Part shown: positions 26,631-40,514 of the stretch, piece by piece | Layout: each line of letters opens with the position of its first letter | Numbering within the stretch: position 1 is the stretch's first letter | From: Eledone cirrhosa | Taxonomy: Eukaryota | Direction of reading: 5' to 3' | DNA: 64,000 bases | Assembly: GCA_964016885.1 (NCBI GenBank) | Contig: OZ024760.1 | Location: forward strand, 10,168,001 to 10,232,000 | The notes under the pieces: generated by a model | Seen by the model: only the letters and a program-made list of their open reading frames with translations | What the model was told of the DNA's origin: nothing | The model's database searches: none | Made by a program: the position numbers and the translations under genes

Positions 26631-27524
26631 TAAAAATGTTTTGAACAGTTCTTTGATTCTTATAATTCATATATATATATATATATATGAGATTCTACAG
26701 GACTAGAACTGTTTCATTCTTTAGAATGAAACAGTTCTAGTCTTCTAGATTTAGGTTACTTAACTAAGATGTTACCCCTAGGGTAAGATGCTTGTGAAGT
26801 TTTCTTATTTTAGATTACTCTAGGGGAATCTACCCGTCGGTGATTTTCTGTAAGATGTTCTATATGTGTATAAATGTGTGTGTGTGGGGGGGAGGGGTCT
26901 TCTATAACATCCGTTACTGGTCCCATAACGAGGTTCCTCCTCAAACTCACCCTGTCCAGTATTGTCATCTGAATTTCCCCCTGTTTCAATGTGGTGGTGT
27001 TGGTTGGTTGGTTGGTTGGTTGGTTGGTTGGTCTCCCAACTCGTCTGCATACGTCAGATTTCCAGAATAGAACTCTGCCAGCAGGTTCGTTGTGACATTT
27101 CATATGTCCGGCTAATACGAGCCTCCTACGCCTTTATGATGTATGATGTCAGAAAGGTGAAGGTGTGAACTTTTGGAGCAATTTATTTGTTACGTATGTT
27201 TTCCAGGATGTAGTCTGGACTTTTCTCAGCATATTCTTTGTGGGTGTTTTTATTATTGAGCTTTTGTAGATATATATTAGAGCATTCGTAGATATATATA
27301 TTAGAGTCGTATATGAAATCATATACTAGAAGCACAATGGGTCCAATAAGTTCCGAGAGAGTGGTGTGTGTGCCGTATAAACACACATCGTTTCTAAGGC
27401 ATTTTAAAACCTGGTGGAGCCCATTTTCTCTCCAATCCAAGTCAGAATACAGCAGATTTCTTCCAGACTACCAGAGAAGGATAGAAAGCGAGACAAGGGA
27501 TGTCAGAAAGAGATGTAGAATAAG

Positions 27525-27681
27525 AATTGACCCCAGTAACTGGTACTTTTTTTTTATTGATCCCGAAAGGATGAAAGGCAAAGTTGACCGCGACGGAATT
27601 TGAATTCAAAAAGCAGAGAGCCGAAACGAATACCGCAAAGTATTCTATCCGACGTTTTAACGGCTCTGCCAATTCGCCACC
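27525..27681 (-). mobile_element. SINE family A variant copy
   Basis: GATCCCGAAAGGATGAAAGGCAAAGTTGACC...GCCAATTCGCCACC. Confidence 0.75.
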
Positions 27682-27691
27682 TTATATACTA

Positions 27692-28200
27692 GATGTTTAT
27701 TTACAATAAACATACGGTAGCCTCGCTATCAAAGAAAAGTATTTTTCGTAACGAAAAAAAAATTTTTTTTTTTTTTTCGAGAACATGACACAGAGTTGTT
27801 AGTAGCAAACTGAAAGTGACAGACAGCGCTATTTCAAGATTTGTTAATCTCTCATCGGTGACATTCACTCAACTGGTACAGATAGAGAAATAGTTTAGAG
27901 CTACTGTTAATTAATTATAACCAGCGAAATTCACGCTGTATGAGAATTGCCAGCCGATGTTTTCTATTTGCAAATTGACATCTCCAGCAAATGTACGTCA
28001 CACAAAATCTATGCCCATGTAAGTACTGGTTGAGTGAATGCAACTGGTTAAAAGGTAACAAATGTTGAAACAACGTTTCCTGGTAATTCTCGACTGCTAC
28101 TGACAACTCTATGACATGTTCACAGTGAAATATCTCTTCGTTTCGAAAAAATGTTTTTTCTTTGATAGCGAGGCTACCCATGTTTCTTGATATAAACATA
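27692..28200. mobile_element. MITE with long terminal inverted repeats
   Basis: GGTAGCCTCGCTATCAAAGAAAA (27716) pairs with TTTTCTTTGATAGCGAGGCTACC (28178); imperfect symmetry continues inward. Confidence 0.7.
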
Positions 28201-28322
28201 TGTTTATATATACCTCACTGTTATGCTTAAATGGTGCCAATGCTACTACCAATATATATTTATATATGTGTGTGTATGTATGTATATGTATGTATATGTG
28301 TGTGTATGTATATGTGTGTACG

Positions 28323-28376
<54 letters not shown>

Positions 28377-28379
<3 letters not shown>

Positions 28380-28455
28380 CGTGCCCCAAAAATGTATACT
28401 CATATTTATTAGAATGCTGTTGAAGTGTGTATACATTTTTAGGGACATCCTGTAT
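28377..28455. mobile_element. Tiny Tc1/mariner-like MITE in (TA)n; related pieces at ~21533-21565 and ~33320-33425
   Basis: Imperfect TIR CAG.GTG.CCC.AAAA.TGTATAC flanked by TA. Confidence 0.45.
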
Positions 28456-28470
28456 ATATATGTAAGTATG

Positions 28471-28523
<53 letters not shown>

Positions 28524-28541
28524 ATATATATATATATGTAC

Positions 28542-28592
<51 letters not shown>

Positions 28593-28624
28593 TGCACAGA
28601 CACACACACATACATACATATGTA

Positions 28625-28668
<44 letters not shown>

Positions 28669-30139
28669 CACACACACACGTGTATAAATATAGTTGTAGT
28701 TATTTTTTAAAATGAAAGAAATTATTGATGTAATTATTCTTTTCTTTCTTTTTTTTTTGTGTTACCAATAAAGAAAGAATTATTGCGTTGTTCAATAAAA
28801 TACAGGTGAATGGTAAAAGCAGACGATAGCTGTAGAGCGGTGAGGCAAGGAGGAAGAGACTAGAAAAGAAAGCAACTATAGTAATATATATATAGAGAGA
28901 GAGAGAGAGGGAGGGAGACAGGATATTAATGGACGGTCAATGTGGGATGGAGGCGACAGGATGTAATTGTGATGATAACGATTATGCTGGCTGGAATATT
29001 TAATAAAAATGATTGAAAAGTGTAGGGCAAGTACCCAGGGACGCTTGTTGCATGAAAATTCCATAGTAAAGTGGGTGTTAGTAGTGGTAATAATAGTAAT
29101 AGTTGACATTAGTGTGGGAGATATTGTCAGCAGAGATAGGTTTGATAACGACCATAGACAAGCTTCCCTTTTCAGCCAATCAGATTGGCCTGTTCAGTAA
29201 GATCGATATACATACATATATAGATATATATATATATATATCGGTGTATGTCTATATTTATGTGTGTATATGTGTATCTCTGTGTGTATGCGTGAGTGCA
29301 TGTATGTATGTATATATATATATGTGTGTGTGTGTTAGTGTATGTGTATACATATATATATGTGTGTGAGTCTATGTGCATATGTAGGTGTATGTAGGTA
29401 TGTGTGTGATCAACACACTGACTCACCTCACCTCATCATACATAATAAGACTTGATGAAAGCGATGAGTCATATTGAATGTATTGTGGTGGTATGGTGGC
29501 GGTGGTGGTAGTGGTGATGCTGGTGGTTGTGGTGGTATGGTGTGGTGGTGCTGGTGGTTGTGGTGGTATGGTGTGGTGGTGCTGGTGGTTGTGGTGGTGG
29601 TTGTGGGGGTATGGTATGGTGGTGCTCATTGTGGTGGTGGTGGTGTGGTGTGGTAGTGGTGATGCTGGTGGTTGTGGTGATGCTGGTATGGTGGTGCTGG
29701 TGGTTGTGGTGGTATGGTATGGTGGTGCTGGTGGTGGTGTTGGTGGTTGTGGGGGTATGGTATGGTGGTGCTGGTGGTGGTGTTGGTGGTTGTGGGGGTA
29801 TGGTATGGTGGTGCTCATTGTGGTGGTGGTGGTGGTGTGGTGGTGGTGTGGTAGTGGTGATGGTGGTGCTCATTGTGGTGGTGGTGGTGGTGTGGTAGTG
29901 TGGTGGTGGTTATGGTGTTATGGTGGTGTGGTGGTGATGATGATGGTGGTCAGTTTGTTATCCCAGGTCAGCCCTGATCAAGACATGACGCCTATATATG
30001 GTCAATGATCAAAGGCTGTGCTATATTTAAACATATATAACGCTGTGTTAGACCTATAGTTGATGTAGAGGTCAAGCCCATATCATATGATAGTCTACTG
30101 GGGTTGTTTTTACTGATGGCTACTCTAAGGATAGGTGGT

Positions 30140-31735
30140 GAATTGGCGGAGTTGTTAGAACATCAGATAGAATGGCAGAGTCATTAGAACGTTGGATAGA
30201 ATGGCAGTCGTTAGAACGTTGGATAGAATGGCAGAGTCGTTAGAACGTTGGATAGAATGACAGAGTCGTTAGAACGTTGGATAGAATGGCAGAGTTGTTA
30301 GAACGTTGGATAGAATGGCAGAGTTGTTAGAACGTTGGATAGAATGGCAGAGTCGTTAGAACGTTGGATAGAATGGCAGAGTTGTTAGGACGTTGGATAG
30401 AATGGCAGAGTTGTTAGAACGTTGGATAGAATGGCAGAGTCGTTAGAATGGCAGTCGTTAGAACGTTGGATAGAATGGTAGAGTTGTTAGAACGTTGGAT
30501 AGAATGGCAGAGTCGTTAGAATGGCAGTCGTTAGAACGTTGGATAGAATGGCAGAGTCGTTAGAACGTTGGATAGAATGGCAGAGTCGTTAGAATGGCAG
30601 TCGTTAGAACGTTGGATAGAATGGCAGAGTCGTTAGGACGTCGGATAGAATGGCAGTCGTTAGAACGTTGGATAGAATGGCAGAGTCGTTAGAACGTTGG
30701 ATAGAATGGCAGAGTTGTTAGAACGTTGGATAGAATGGTAGAGTTGTTAGAACGTTGGATAGAATGGCAGAGTCGTTAGAACGTTGGATAGAATGGCAGA
30801 GTTGTTAGGACGTTGGATAGAATGGCAGAGTCGTTAGGACGTTGGATAGAATGGCAGAGTCGTTAGAACGTTGGATAGAATGGCAGAGTCGTTAGAACGT
30901 TGGATAGAATGGCAGAGTCGTTAGAACGTTGGATAGAATGGCAGAGTCGTTAGAATGGCAGTCGTTAGAAAGTTGGATAGAATGGCAGAGTTGTTAGAAC
31001 GTCGGATAGAATGGCAGTCGTTAGAACGTTGGATAGAATGGCAGAGTCGTTAGAACGTTGGATAGAATGGCAGAGTCGTTAGGACGTTGGATAGAATGGC
31101 AGAGTCGTTAGAACGTTGGATAGAATGGCAGAGTCGTTAGAACGTTGGATAGAATGGCAGAGTCGTTAGAATGGCAGTCGTTAGAAAGTTGGATAGAATG
31201 GCAGAGTCGTTAGAACGTTGGATAGAATGGCAGAGTTGTTAGGACGTTGGATAGAATGGCAGAGTCGTTAGAACGTTGGATAGAATGGCAGAGTCGTTAG
31301 AACGTTGGATAGAATGGCAGAGTTGTTAGGACGTTGGATAGAATGGCAGAGTCGTTAGAATGGCAGTCGTTAGAACGTTGGATAGAATGGCAGAGTTGTT
31401 AGAACGTTGGATAGAATGGCAGAGTCGTTAGAACGTTGGATAGAATGGCAGAGTTGTTAGGACGTTGGATAGAATGGCAGAGTCGTTAGAACGTTGGATA
31501 GAATGGCAGAGTTGTTAGGACGTTGGATAGAATGGCAGAGTTGTTAGGACGTTGGATAGAATGGCAGAGTCGTTAGAACGTTGGATAGAATGGCAGAGTC
31601 GTTAGAACGTTGGATAGAATGGCAGAGTCGTTAGAACGTTGGATAGAATGGCAGAGTTGTTAGAACGTTGGATAGAATGGCAGTCGTTAGAACGTTGGAT
31701 AGAATGGCAGAGTCGTTAGAACGTTGGATAGAATG
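30140..31735 (+). repeat. 29-bp minisatellite (~55 units) derived from a SINE A-box region
   Basis: AATGGCAGAGTCGTTAGAACGTTGGATAG; starts at SINE head GGTGGTGAATTGGC and resumes SINE sequence after 31735. Confidence 0.92.
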
Positions 31736-31792
31736 CCTTGTGGTATTCGATCCAGCTCTCTGCTCTCTGAGTTGAAATCTTGTGCATGTATG

Positions 31793-31839
<47 letters not shown>

Positions 31840-31850
31840 ACATATATAAT

Positions 31851-32185
31851 GGAGGCATATGGCTTAATGGTTAGAGCATTGGCCTTGCAACCGAAAGGTT
31901 GTGAGTTCAATTCTCAGACCGGGTGATGTGTTGTGTCCTTGAGCAAGACACTTTATTTCACATTGCTCCAGTTTACTTAGCTGTAGAAATGAGATGATAG
32001 GGACTGGGGTCCCTATCATTCCACTGCAAAGTGGTCGTGAAGGTGCCACGGCAAAAAAAGCACCCAGCCCACAACTGTAAATGAGGTTGGTGTTAGGGAG
32101 GGCATCCAGCTGTAGAAATCAAGCCAGAATCAGTTCCCGTCCCACCCTTGCAAGCAGGGAAAAGTGGACGTAAAATGAAATGAAA
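31851..32185 (+). mobile_element. tRNA-derived SINE family B (CORE-like central domain, LINE-like tail); tail copies at 33470-33680 and 33740-33985
   Basis: TGGCTTAATGG A box, GAGTTCAATTC B box, GTGTCCTTGAGCAAGACACTT, then AGGGCATCCAGCTGTAGAAA...GGACGTAAAATG. Confidence 0.75.
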
Positions 32186-33277
32186 ATATATATGTGTGTG
32201 TGTGTGTCTATAAATGTGTATATGTAGGTGTATGTATGTGTGTGATCAATACACTGACTCACCTCACCTCATCATACATAAGACTTGATGAATCCAGCTG
32301 TCTGCTGTCTGCTCTCTGATTTCAAATCCTTCCGAGGTCACCTTTGCCTTTCCCCCTTTCACGGTCGATAAAAAAGTACCAGTCAAATACTGGGGTTGAT
32401 TCTTCCTCTATATCTCTTCTTTCCTCTCTCTCTCCTATTACGGTCGATAAAAAAGTACCAGTCAAATACTGGGGTTGATTCTTCCTCTCTATCTCTTTCT
32501 CATTCCCTCTCTCTCTCTCTCTCTATCTTTCTCTGGAAGAGATCCACTGTACTCAGGGCTGGGCTCCACCAGTCTTAAAATGCCCAAGAAACGCTGTATG
32601 CCAACAGTGTCCCTATGACTCTATCACGGGACGATACATACATACCCTAGGGATGATGGTGGCAAATTGGCAGAGTCTTTAGAATGTCGGATTATGGTAT
32701 TCATTTCAACTTCCTGCCCTCTGAGTTCAGATCCTGCCGAGGTCAACTTGGCCTTTCATCCATTTAAGGTCAATAAAAAAGTACCAGTCAAGTAATGGGG
32801 TCTGTGTCACTTTCTTACTGCCATTCCCTCACTCTCTGTCCTTCTTTAGAAGAAATCTGCTGTGTTCAGACCTGGAGATGGGCTCTGCCTGGTCTAAAAA
32901 TACCCAAGAAATGCCATTTGTTACAATGGCACCCCTACAACAGCATCAGGAGTTCCAGGACCATACACTAAAGGTGTCCTATACAGTGTATATTATAGTA
33001 AAACAGTTGCTCATTTATGAAATAACAAACTGTAGCTACTGATGACTGCTTAAAAGTTCACTTTACATTAGGACCTTAAGCTAACCAGGAGTGAACTGGG
33101 TTTTAAAAGCATCCATCACTTATCAGGTCGACCCTTTGTCTGGTAATGGTTTTCAGGTTTTTTAAGCCACCCAAGTGACATAACCAATTGATCTACCCAA
33201 TTTACCTAGCCCAAGACCCAGACCAGTAACTCAACTAGCATTACTCAAATGCCCGTATGGTTAGTCCAACCTCTGAC

Positions 33278-33315
<38 letters not shown>

Positions 33316-33430
33316 TGGATATATATATCCCCACAAAACTGTATACATAGCTTGATTACCTGTACAGGCAATAGTTAATAGAATGTTGTTGAAGTGTATA
33401 TACATTTGTGGGGGAGACCCTGTGTATGTG

Positions 33431-33471
<41 letters not shown>

Positions 33472-33980
33472 CTGTAGAAATGAGATGATAGGGATTGGGG
33501 TCCCTATCATTCCACTGCAAAGTGGTCGTGTAGGTGCCACGGCAAAAAAGCACCCAGCACTCACTGTAAATGAGGTTGGTGTTAGGAAGGGCATCCAGCT
33601 GTAGAAATCAAGCCAGAATCAGTTCCCGTCCCACCCTTGCAAGCAGGGAAAAGCGGACGTAAAATGATGATGATGATATTACCAAAACAATCTCTTCGGA
33701 ACATATATATATATATAACATCCAGTCCGAAACAAATGAGGTCGTGTAGGTGTCACGACAAAAAAAAACACAGTCCACGCTGTAATGTGGCCGTGTAGGT
33801 AACACGGTCAAAACCTCCCAGTCCACACTGTAAACGTGGTTGGTGTTAGGAAGGGCATCCAGCCGTAGAAAACCCGCCAGACAGTCCTATACGAGCAGGA
33901 CAACCAATCTTGCCTCAAGTGGGAAAACTCCTGTCCAAACCCATGCAAGCGTGGAAGATGGACGTTAAACGATGATGATG

Positions 33981-34013
<33 letters not shown>

Positions 34014-34111
34014 CATGTTCTCCAAAGAGATTGTTTTGGTAAAAACAGAAGCAAGCAGAAGAAAGTTCTCAATATTCGCAGTTTATAGTTACGACGGAGA
34101 TTAAGTGTAAT

Positions 34112-34300
34112 AATTGTTTCTTCTTTTGGCACAAGGCCAGCAATTATCCCAGTGCATTACTGGTACTTTATTTTATCGACCCCCGTAAGAATGAAAGGCA
34201 AAGTTAACCTCGGCGGGATTGGAACTCAGAATGGCAAGGGCTGTAACCCTATACGTCAAACCATGGCATCTGACCCTTTACCGATATTGCCAATCCCCCA
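34112..34300 (-). mobile_element. SINE family A copy
   Basis: Same sequence as 8461 copy. Confidence 0.85.
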
Positions 34301-35459
34301 CCATTAGTATTAATAACAATGGTAACTACCACATCTAACAAAAAAGGACTGCTAGGCTGTGGAAGCAAGTTGTAGGAAGGGACATATTGGTATAGATATA
34401 AATACAGGTACATGTATGGAGAACATAGAAACAAAAGAACAAAGATTATACATAAATACAAAAGCAGGTACACACACACACACACAGAGAACAAGGAACA
34501 CGGGGATATAAAACATGGACCCTCATATTGCGACCATAAAATCCCATACGTGCACAACAGAATGGTGGTAGTGATTCGGGCCAGATACACACAGGGTATC
34601 CAGGATTCACCCGATGCTGGGGTCGTTGTGTGGCCCCCATTGTCAAGCTTTGTACTGGACCACAGCTAATACAACTATGCTGCTAATCCATAGTCTGAGG
34701 AAGATTCCAGTTGATCTGTGGTGGCAAGGCAGGTGCTGAACAGGTTACTCCTTTTATTGATAACTTGTGTTCCCCTCTTGATTATCCCCATAACCTTAGT
34801 GACACATAGATTGCATAAGTCATGCCCTCCTCCTCTGTAGGGCTGGGCTGAGGCAACCTTGGAGCACAAGGTGTATCCCATGTTGTCATGTTTGAGACAC
34901 CACACCAGTAAAGGTGTGATAGTGATTGTACAAGTTCCATAAATTTATATATGTGAAGGTTTCACTATTGGTACTCACCCTACATTCATAAACTAAGCTA
35001 CTGCTAAGACATTCGCCTTCCAGGAGGCAGTTACCGGGGTTTCTACAATTTCAATTTGGTGGTGTTGCTGCATGATGCTGTGCTCGCCCCCCAGTTACCA
35101 TCAGAGGAAGATACATGTGTTGTGCGCCTCACCCCGGTGTCACAGACATTTTTTAATCTACTCTAGTTTAAGGTTTCTAATTGTGGTCACAGTACAGTAG
35201 ATGGTAGAGGTTATTGTGGTCACAGTAGATGGTAGAGGTTAGTGGTCATAGAGGTGGTACTGGATGTGATCACTGTACAGATGGTAGTGTTTGCTATGGT
35301 ACCAATACATATCTTATTGATATTTTCCAATGAAAATGGATGACTCATACTAGAAATAAGCTGTTGGTTTGCTTAACTTACTTCTAGTGTATGTGGAAGC
35401 AGGACGCAGATACATTGCTCTCCATTACTTCTTTGCCCACATATTCCTGATAGAATTCT

Positions 35460-35760
35460 CAAAGAAGCCTTCCAGAGGATCTTGTAATCTTCAGTTTTTC
35501 CTCCTCGATCCCCGATTGCGACTAGCTGAACTCATGGATGTTGTCTATCTTGCTGGGGGTCTACTTCTGATATTTGGTTTTGCCCGTAAAGTCTGTCTAG
35601 CAATATTCCAATATGTCCATAATATTGGAACTTTGATCTCTCAAATTGGAAAGGTAGTGACTATCTGCAAGGATCTGATCTCCAAATTATACATTCTATT
35701 GTGTAACTTTACTCCCAAAACCCCTCAGCTGCTTGTATTCACGATCATTACCCTTCATTA
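35460..35760 (-). mobile_element. Decayed RTE-clade LINE RT C-terminus
   Basis: Frameshifted minus reading: VLGVKLHNRMYNLEIR, KFQYYGHI, SRPPAR*.DNI, LWK. Confidence 0.6.
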
Positions 35761-38469
35761 ACAGAGGTAAGAGTTGACACAAATACCGAATTTAGCTTTT
35801 TTTTTTTTACCTATCTCATTACGTTTACTTCTTGGTTAAAATATCCATCTTCCTTCAATAATCTGCATATGGACACATTAACCAATGTGACCATATTTCT
35901 CATGAAATACACTATTTTAATTAATTAATTAAATGTCCAACATAATAGCATATGGCTCTTATAAAAAAATGTTGGAAGATTTAGATTTAAATAGAAACCT
36001 TTTAAAATTAATGATTTTGTATCACAGAACCAGTTGGTTATTTCCTGTAAGTAGAGTTGGTTTTGGTTCCCATAACCAGAGCTGGTTTTGTATCGAAAGG
36101 GTTAATGAATTTTATGGGACTTATCATCATTTTACGTCCGCTTTTCCCTGCTTGCAAGGATGGGACTTACTAAAATTATTTTATTTCTAAGTAACTTCAG
36201 TTTCTTTTTAGAAAAATGATGTTGAAAGATTTAATTAAAATTGATTTTGTTTCATACAATTAGTCAATTTGGGCATTAAAAAGTAACTTTAATCTGGGTG
36301 AACTGGTTCAATGCACTTTTCATTTTACTGATGGATGACACTAAACACAATATATGCCATGTGTGAGTATATCTCCTATAAATCTATGTTGGTTTATTAA
36401 CATCTTAACAAAACTTGCACTAATGTATGCCCTTTTCTTTTTACCAGTCCCTATATAAACAAGATTGGCTAGAATGCTTCGTGGTATTCATTTCAGTTCT
36501 CGCAGTTCAAATCTCCCTGAGGTCAATAAAAAAAAAAGGACCTAGTACTGGAATTGATTCTTCCTCTTTCTATCCTTCTCTGGTCTGGAAGTCATTTGCA
36601 TTTAGACCAAGAGAAGGGATGGGCTCTGCCATATGTCAATGTTGCCTCTACAACTCTCGGATCTATACCATACAAACATCTGACGGAGCTTCTTAAGCAA
36701 GGCCAAACTTGCACTAATCTATACCCTTTTTTTTTTTTACACCAGCATCTTATATAACCCAGCACGCAACTCAGTGAACTTCTTAAGCATGAAGCTAAGC
36801 TTGCATCCATGAATGTAACCTTCTATTGAGCAACCCCTATATAACAGTGGAAATCTAGGCTGATTTCCTAACATAAAATTAACATTGTGTATAGTATAAA
36901 CACAGCAACCAGTAGCTGACTGTCAATTACCCTAGGTTAGAATATAATGGATATGATACTAAAAGTGGAGAACTGACAGTGTCGTTGGAATGATTAGTAT
37001 TCGTTTTGGCTCTCTGCATTAAATCCAGCCACAGTCAACTTTGCCTTTCACTAATTTGAGGTCGATAAAAAAAATACCAGTCAAATACTGGAGGCAATTC
37101 TTTCTCACTATCCTTCTCTGGAAGAAATCTGTTTTCAGACCCGGAGATGTCTCTGCCATATTTTAAAAAAAAAAAGGAAAAAAAGCACTGTTGATGACTT
37201 TCTCGGGAGTTACAGGACCATGCATGTATATAATGCTTAAGTTAGTATACGTTTGGTTGTTTGTTAAACTCACTTCTGATAACATGCCATCTTTCAAAGC
37301 CTATTATTTATATCCAATGTCATCTACCAGTCAAAAACTCACAAATGTGAGTTGAAAATGTTTGCTCCGCATTATACTAGACCAATGTTTATCACATTAC
37401 AGACGGTTGCAAGTAAAACATACAAAATCCTTTCTCAATATCTCATATCAGTATATCTTAACAATGGAACCAAGGAGGTCAATGTATTCATTCCACTGTA
37501 GAGTTGCAGTGAAAATGTGTAGTGGTGGTGGTGGTGGTAGTTAAGTTAGTGCTATGATATGAAGCTATACAAGAGGCAGATTAGTTTGTAAATAGCAGAC
37601 AAGGAGTGCTGTAGTGAAGAAGCAAAGGAATAGAGTTATGTAATAGCAGGATAACTAGAGTAGAGAGAGGTGTCAACACACAAGTGGAGGTGACATAAAG
37701 CTGTAAATTAAGTGGTGCTATTATAAAAGAAGAGCAATTAGTGTACAGAGATGTCAAAAGATGTAAATCAAGTAAAATGGTAGAATCTAGTAGTAGTTTG
37801 GGCTTCTCTGATTAACAAGTTTGTTGGGCAACCACAGGGTATCAAGTTGCATCACATTGCACAATAATTTGGGTTAATAATTCTACCAAATTCTCTATCT
37901 GATAAAGTTCGGAAGACCAGCAATCTACAAGTGTGTGTGTATTAATCATTTAAACCGGCCATATCCAGCCAGAATTCTCTCACCTCTTTTGGCACAATCT
38001 AGCCGCTCATACTGACGTTAAGGTATTGTTCTCAAAATAAATAATATCAAAATCTCATAGATTTGATATTATGTGAGATAAAGCCTTTCCATGAAAATAC
38101 AATAGTAAATATTGAATAATGTGAATGCTAAAGAGTTATGAGTGAAGAATAGAAGCAAGGAATCTTTGCAGTACTAAGGCCAGCTTTTCACTTTTCAATA
38201 AACTATAACTAATAAAATAAAACACCTAAAAACTGGTGCACCAGCATGGCCACAGTCCAATGGCTTCTATTTTTATATGAATAAATTCTCTCCTTTAAAA
38301 CAATTTTCATTTCATTTAATGTCATTAGGTTGATGTGGATTGCTGGTAAAATATCTACAACTGGGTAAGGGTTTTGGTATTAGAATACAGTTGACTACAC
38401 AAGCCCTTCCCTCTCTCCCACACACTACTAAAGGCCGATACAACTCAGCACCAGTGATAAAACAACCCA

Positions 38470-38790
38470 CACCACCAAAGTCTGCTACAGCTCAGCCCCA
38501 GGGCAGCCATACCACTAAAGTCTGCTACTGTTCAACCCCGGGGCAAGTCCCTCACCCGCACCACCAAAGTCTGCTACAGCTCAGCCCCAGGGCAGCCATA
38601 CCACTAAAGTCTGCTACTGTTCAACCCCGGGGCAAGTCCCTCACCCACACCACCAAAGTCTGCTACAGCTCAGCCCCAGGGCAGCCATACCACTAAAGTC
38701 TGCTACTGTTCAACCCCGGGGCAAGTCCCTCACCCACACCACCAAAGTCTGCTACAGCTCAGCCCCAGGGTAAGTCTCCCACCCACATCA
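38470..38790 (+). repeat. ~89-bp tandem repeat (~3.5 copies) with two related subunits
   Basis: CACCAAAGTCTGCTACAGCTCAGCCCCAGGG...CACTAAAGTCTGCTACTGTTCAACCCCGGGG. Confidence 0.85.
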
Positions 38791-38971
38791 CTCAAGTCTG
38801 ATACAGTTTAGCACCAGTGATGACAGATAAATCCACAAGACAAACAACCAAGCCAAAAGCTACCATTATACATCACACCTGGTACTCAATTCTATTAATT
38901 CCTCAACAAGAACTGGCATTTTGTTTCATCATTGCAACTTCAACTGCTAATGGTGCTATGATAAACACCAT

Positions 38972-39189
38972 TTAACCCTTTAGCATTCACATTACTCTAT
39001 ATATACTATTGTATTTTCATGGTAAAGGCTTTACCTCGTATAATTATCTCACATAATATTGAATCAGTGAGATTTTGAAAGTATTTATTTTGAGAACAAT
39101 ACCTTAACATCAGTTTGAGTGACCAGTTACAGCCAGTTTCAACAGAAAGAGGTAGAGAATTCTGGCCGGTTTGAACATTAAAGGGTTAA
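38972..39189. mobile_element. piggyBac-like MITE
   Basis: TTAA|CCCTTTA...TAAAGGG|TTAA. Confidence 0.75.
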
Positions 39190-39579
39190 ACCTAGTACAG
39201 CTCCTCTCCTCAAGTTTGATCACAGCCAACTTTTTCCAGAGAGAGAGAGTAGGGGGTGAAAGTGAAGAAGACTTGCTCAAGTCCAGTACTGGACTAGGAC
39301 TTTATCAACCCTTGAAAGGACAAAGCAACTGTACTTTGTTAACTCGAAGGGATGAGAGCTAATGGTACTTTATCAGCCCCCAAAAGATGAAAAGACAACT
39401 ACAGCTTCTATTATTACAAGGGAGATGGGTGAAGAGATTATGACTGAAGAGACAATCTCTAAAACTTTACAACACAATTACATTACTTGCCATGTTTTTC
39501 ACTAACCACAGAACTAGCTCTGCAAGTATGTATGTGTTGGAAAATCATTAAAACAAGGCAGTAACTCTATCAGATGCCA

Positions 39580-40475
39580 TTGTTCACACACACAAGTTAT
39601 CAACGTAAACAAACTCCAACATATTTCTTTTATTGTACATTTTCAAAAAAAAAAAATAAAATAATAATAATAATAAAAAAATAAAAATGAAATCAAAATT
39701 GAGAAGGAAACAAAAATATTTCCATATTTGGACAAGTTTCCACTGAATACATTTTTGAAGTTCATGAAATTCACTTAAAAAGCTGACCAAAAGCACTCCA
39801 TCAACATGTAGTATCCAGTTGGAAGATACATCAAGCAGTAATTTATACACAGATTTTAACCAAGGAATTTTTCAAGCCAATGCAACAAAGTTCTGGTCAC
39901 ATTAGTGGACAGACCAGCTGAGAAGAATAGACATAGAGGAAAAGAGAGGTTAGAGAAATTTAGTGAGTAAATTTCAGGTGGTGGTGGTGGTAGTGGTAGC
40001 AGTGTTAAACAGTGATTAAAGAGCAGAGAGGTGGGTAGCAGAGTGACACAAAACTAAGACCCTACAGCAAGGTTTTTGGCAAGGTGTCTATATATGTATG
40101 TATGTATTTATGCGTGTGTTTGTAAGTATATTTATATATTTACATACACACACACACACAAATATATAGTTGGGATCCTAAGCTAAGGTTGACACCCGGA
40201 ACACAATGATACAGCCAACACACACACACACATCCACACACACACACATCTCCAACACTCCACTCATTAAGCAAATTTAAAATCCTATCATAATTAACCC
40301 CTAAATCTATTATTGTGTAGCTTAACAATCACCCCAGCCAGAGACTCTATTCTGTATATACACAAGCTCCTGCACACATCCAGACATAGCCACACAAAAG
40401 TGAAGCAAAGGATGGAGAGTAAAAGGGAGAGTGGAAAGAAATGCTGTTGTAGTAGTAGTAGTAGTAGTAGTAGTA

Positions 40476-40514
<39 letters not shown>

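Noticed and set aside
30140-31735. CRISPR-like 29-bp repeats
   Set aside because: Head-to-tail with no unique spacers, no cas genes, eukaryotic context.
31851-31925. tRNA gene
   Set aside because: A and B boxes are present but the cloverleaf is incomplete and it continues into a SINE body.
35369-35766. 130-aa hydrophobic plus-strand ORF with apparent splice sites (DoxX-like look)
   Set aside because: The opposite strand reads as a frameshifted RTE RT C-terminus, so the ORF is most likely an antisense shadow.
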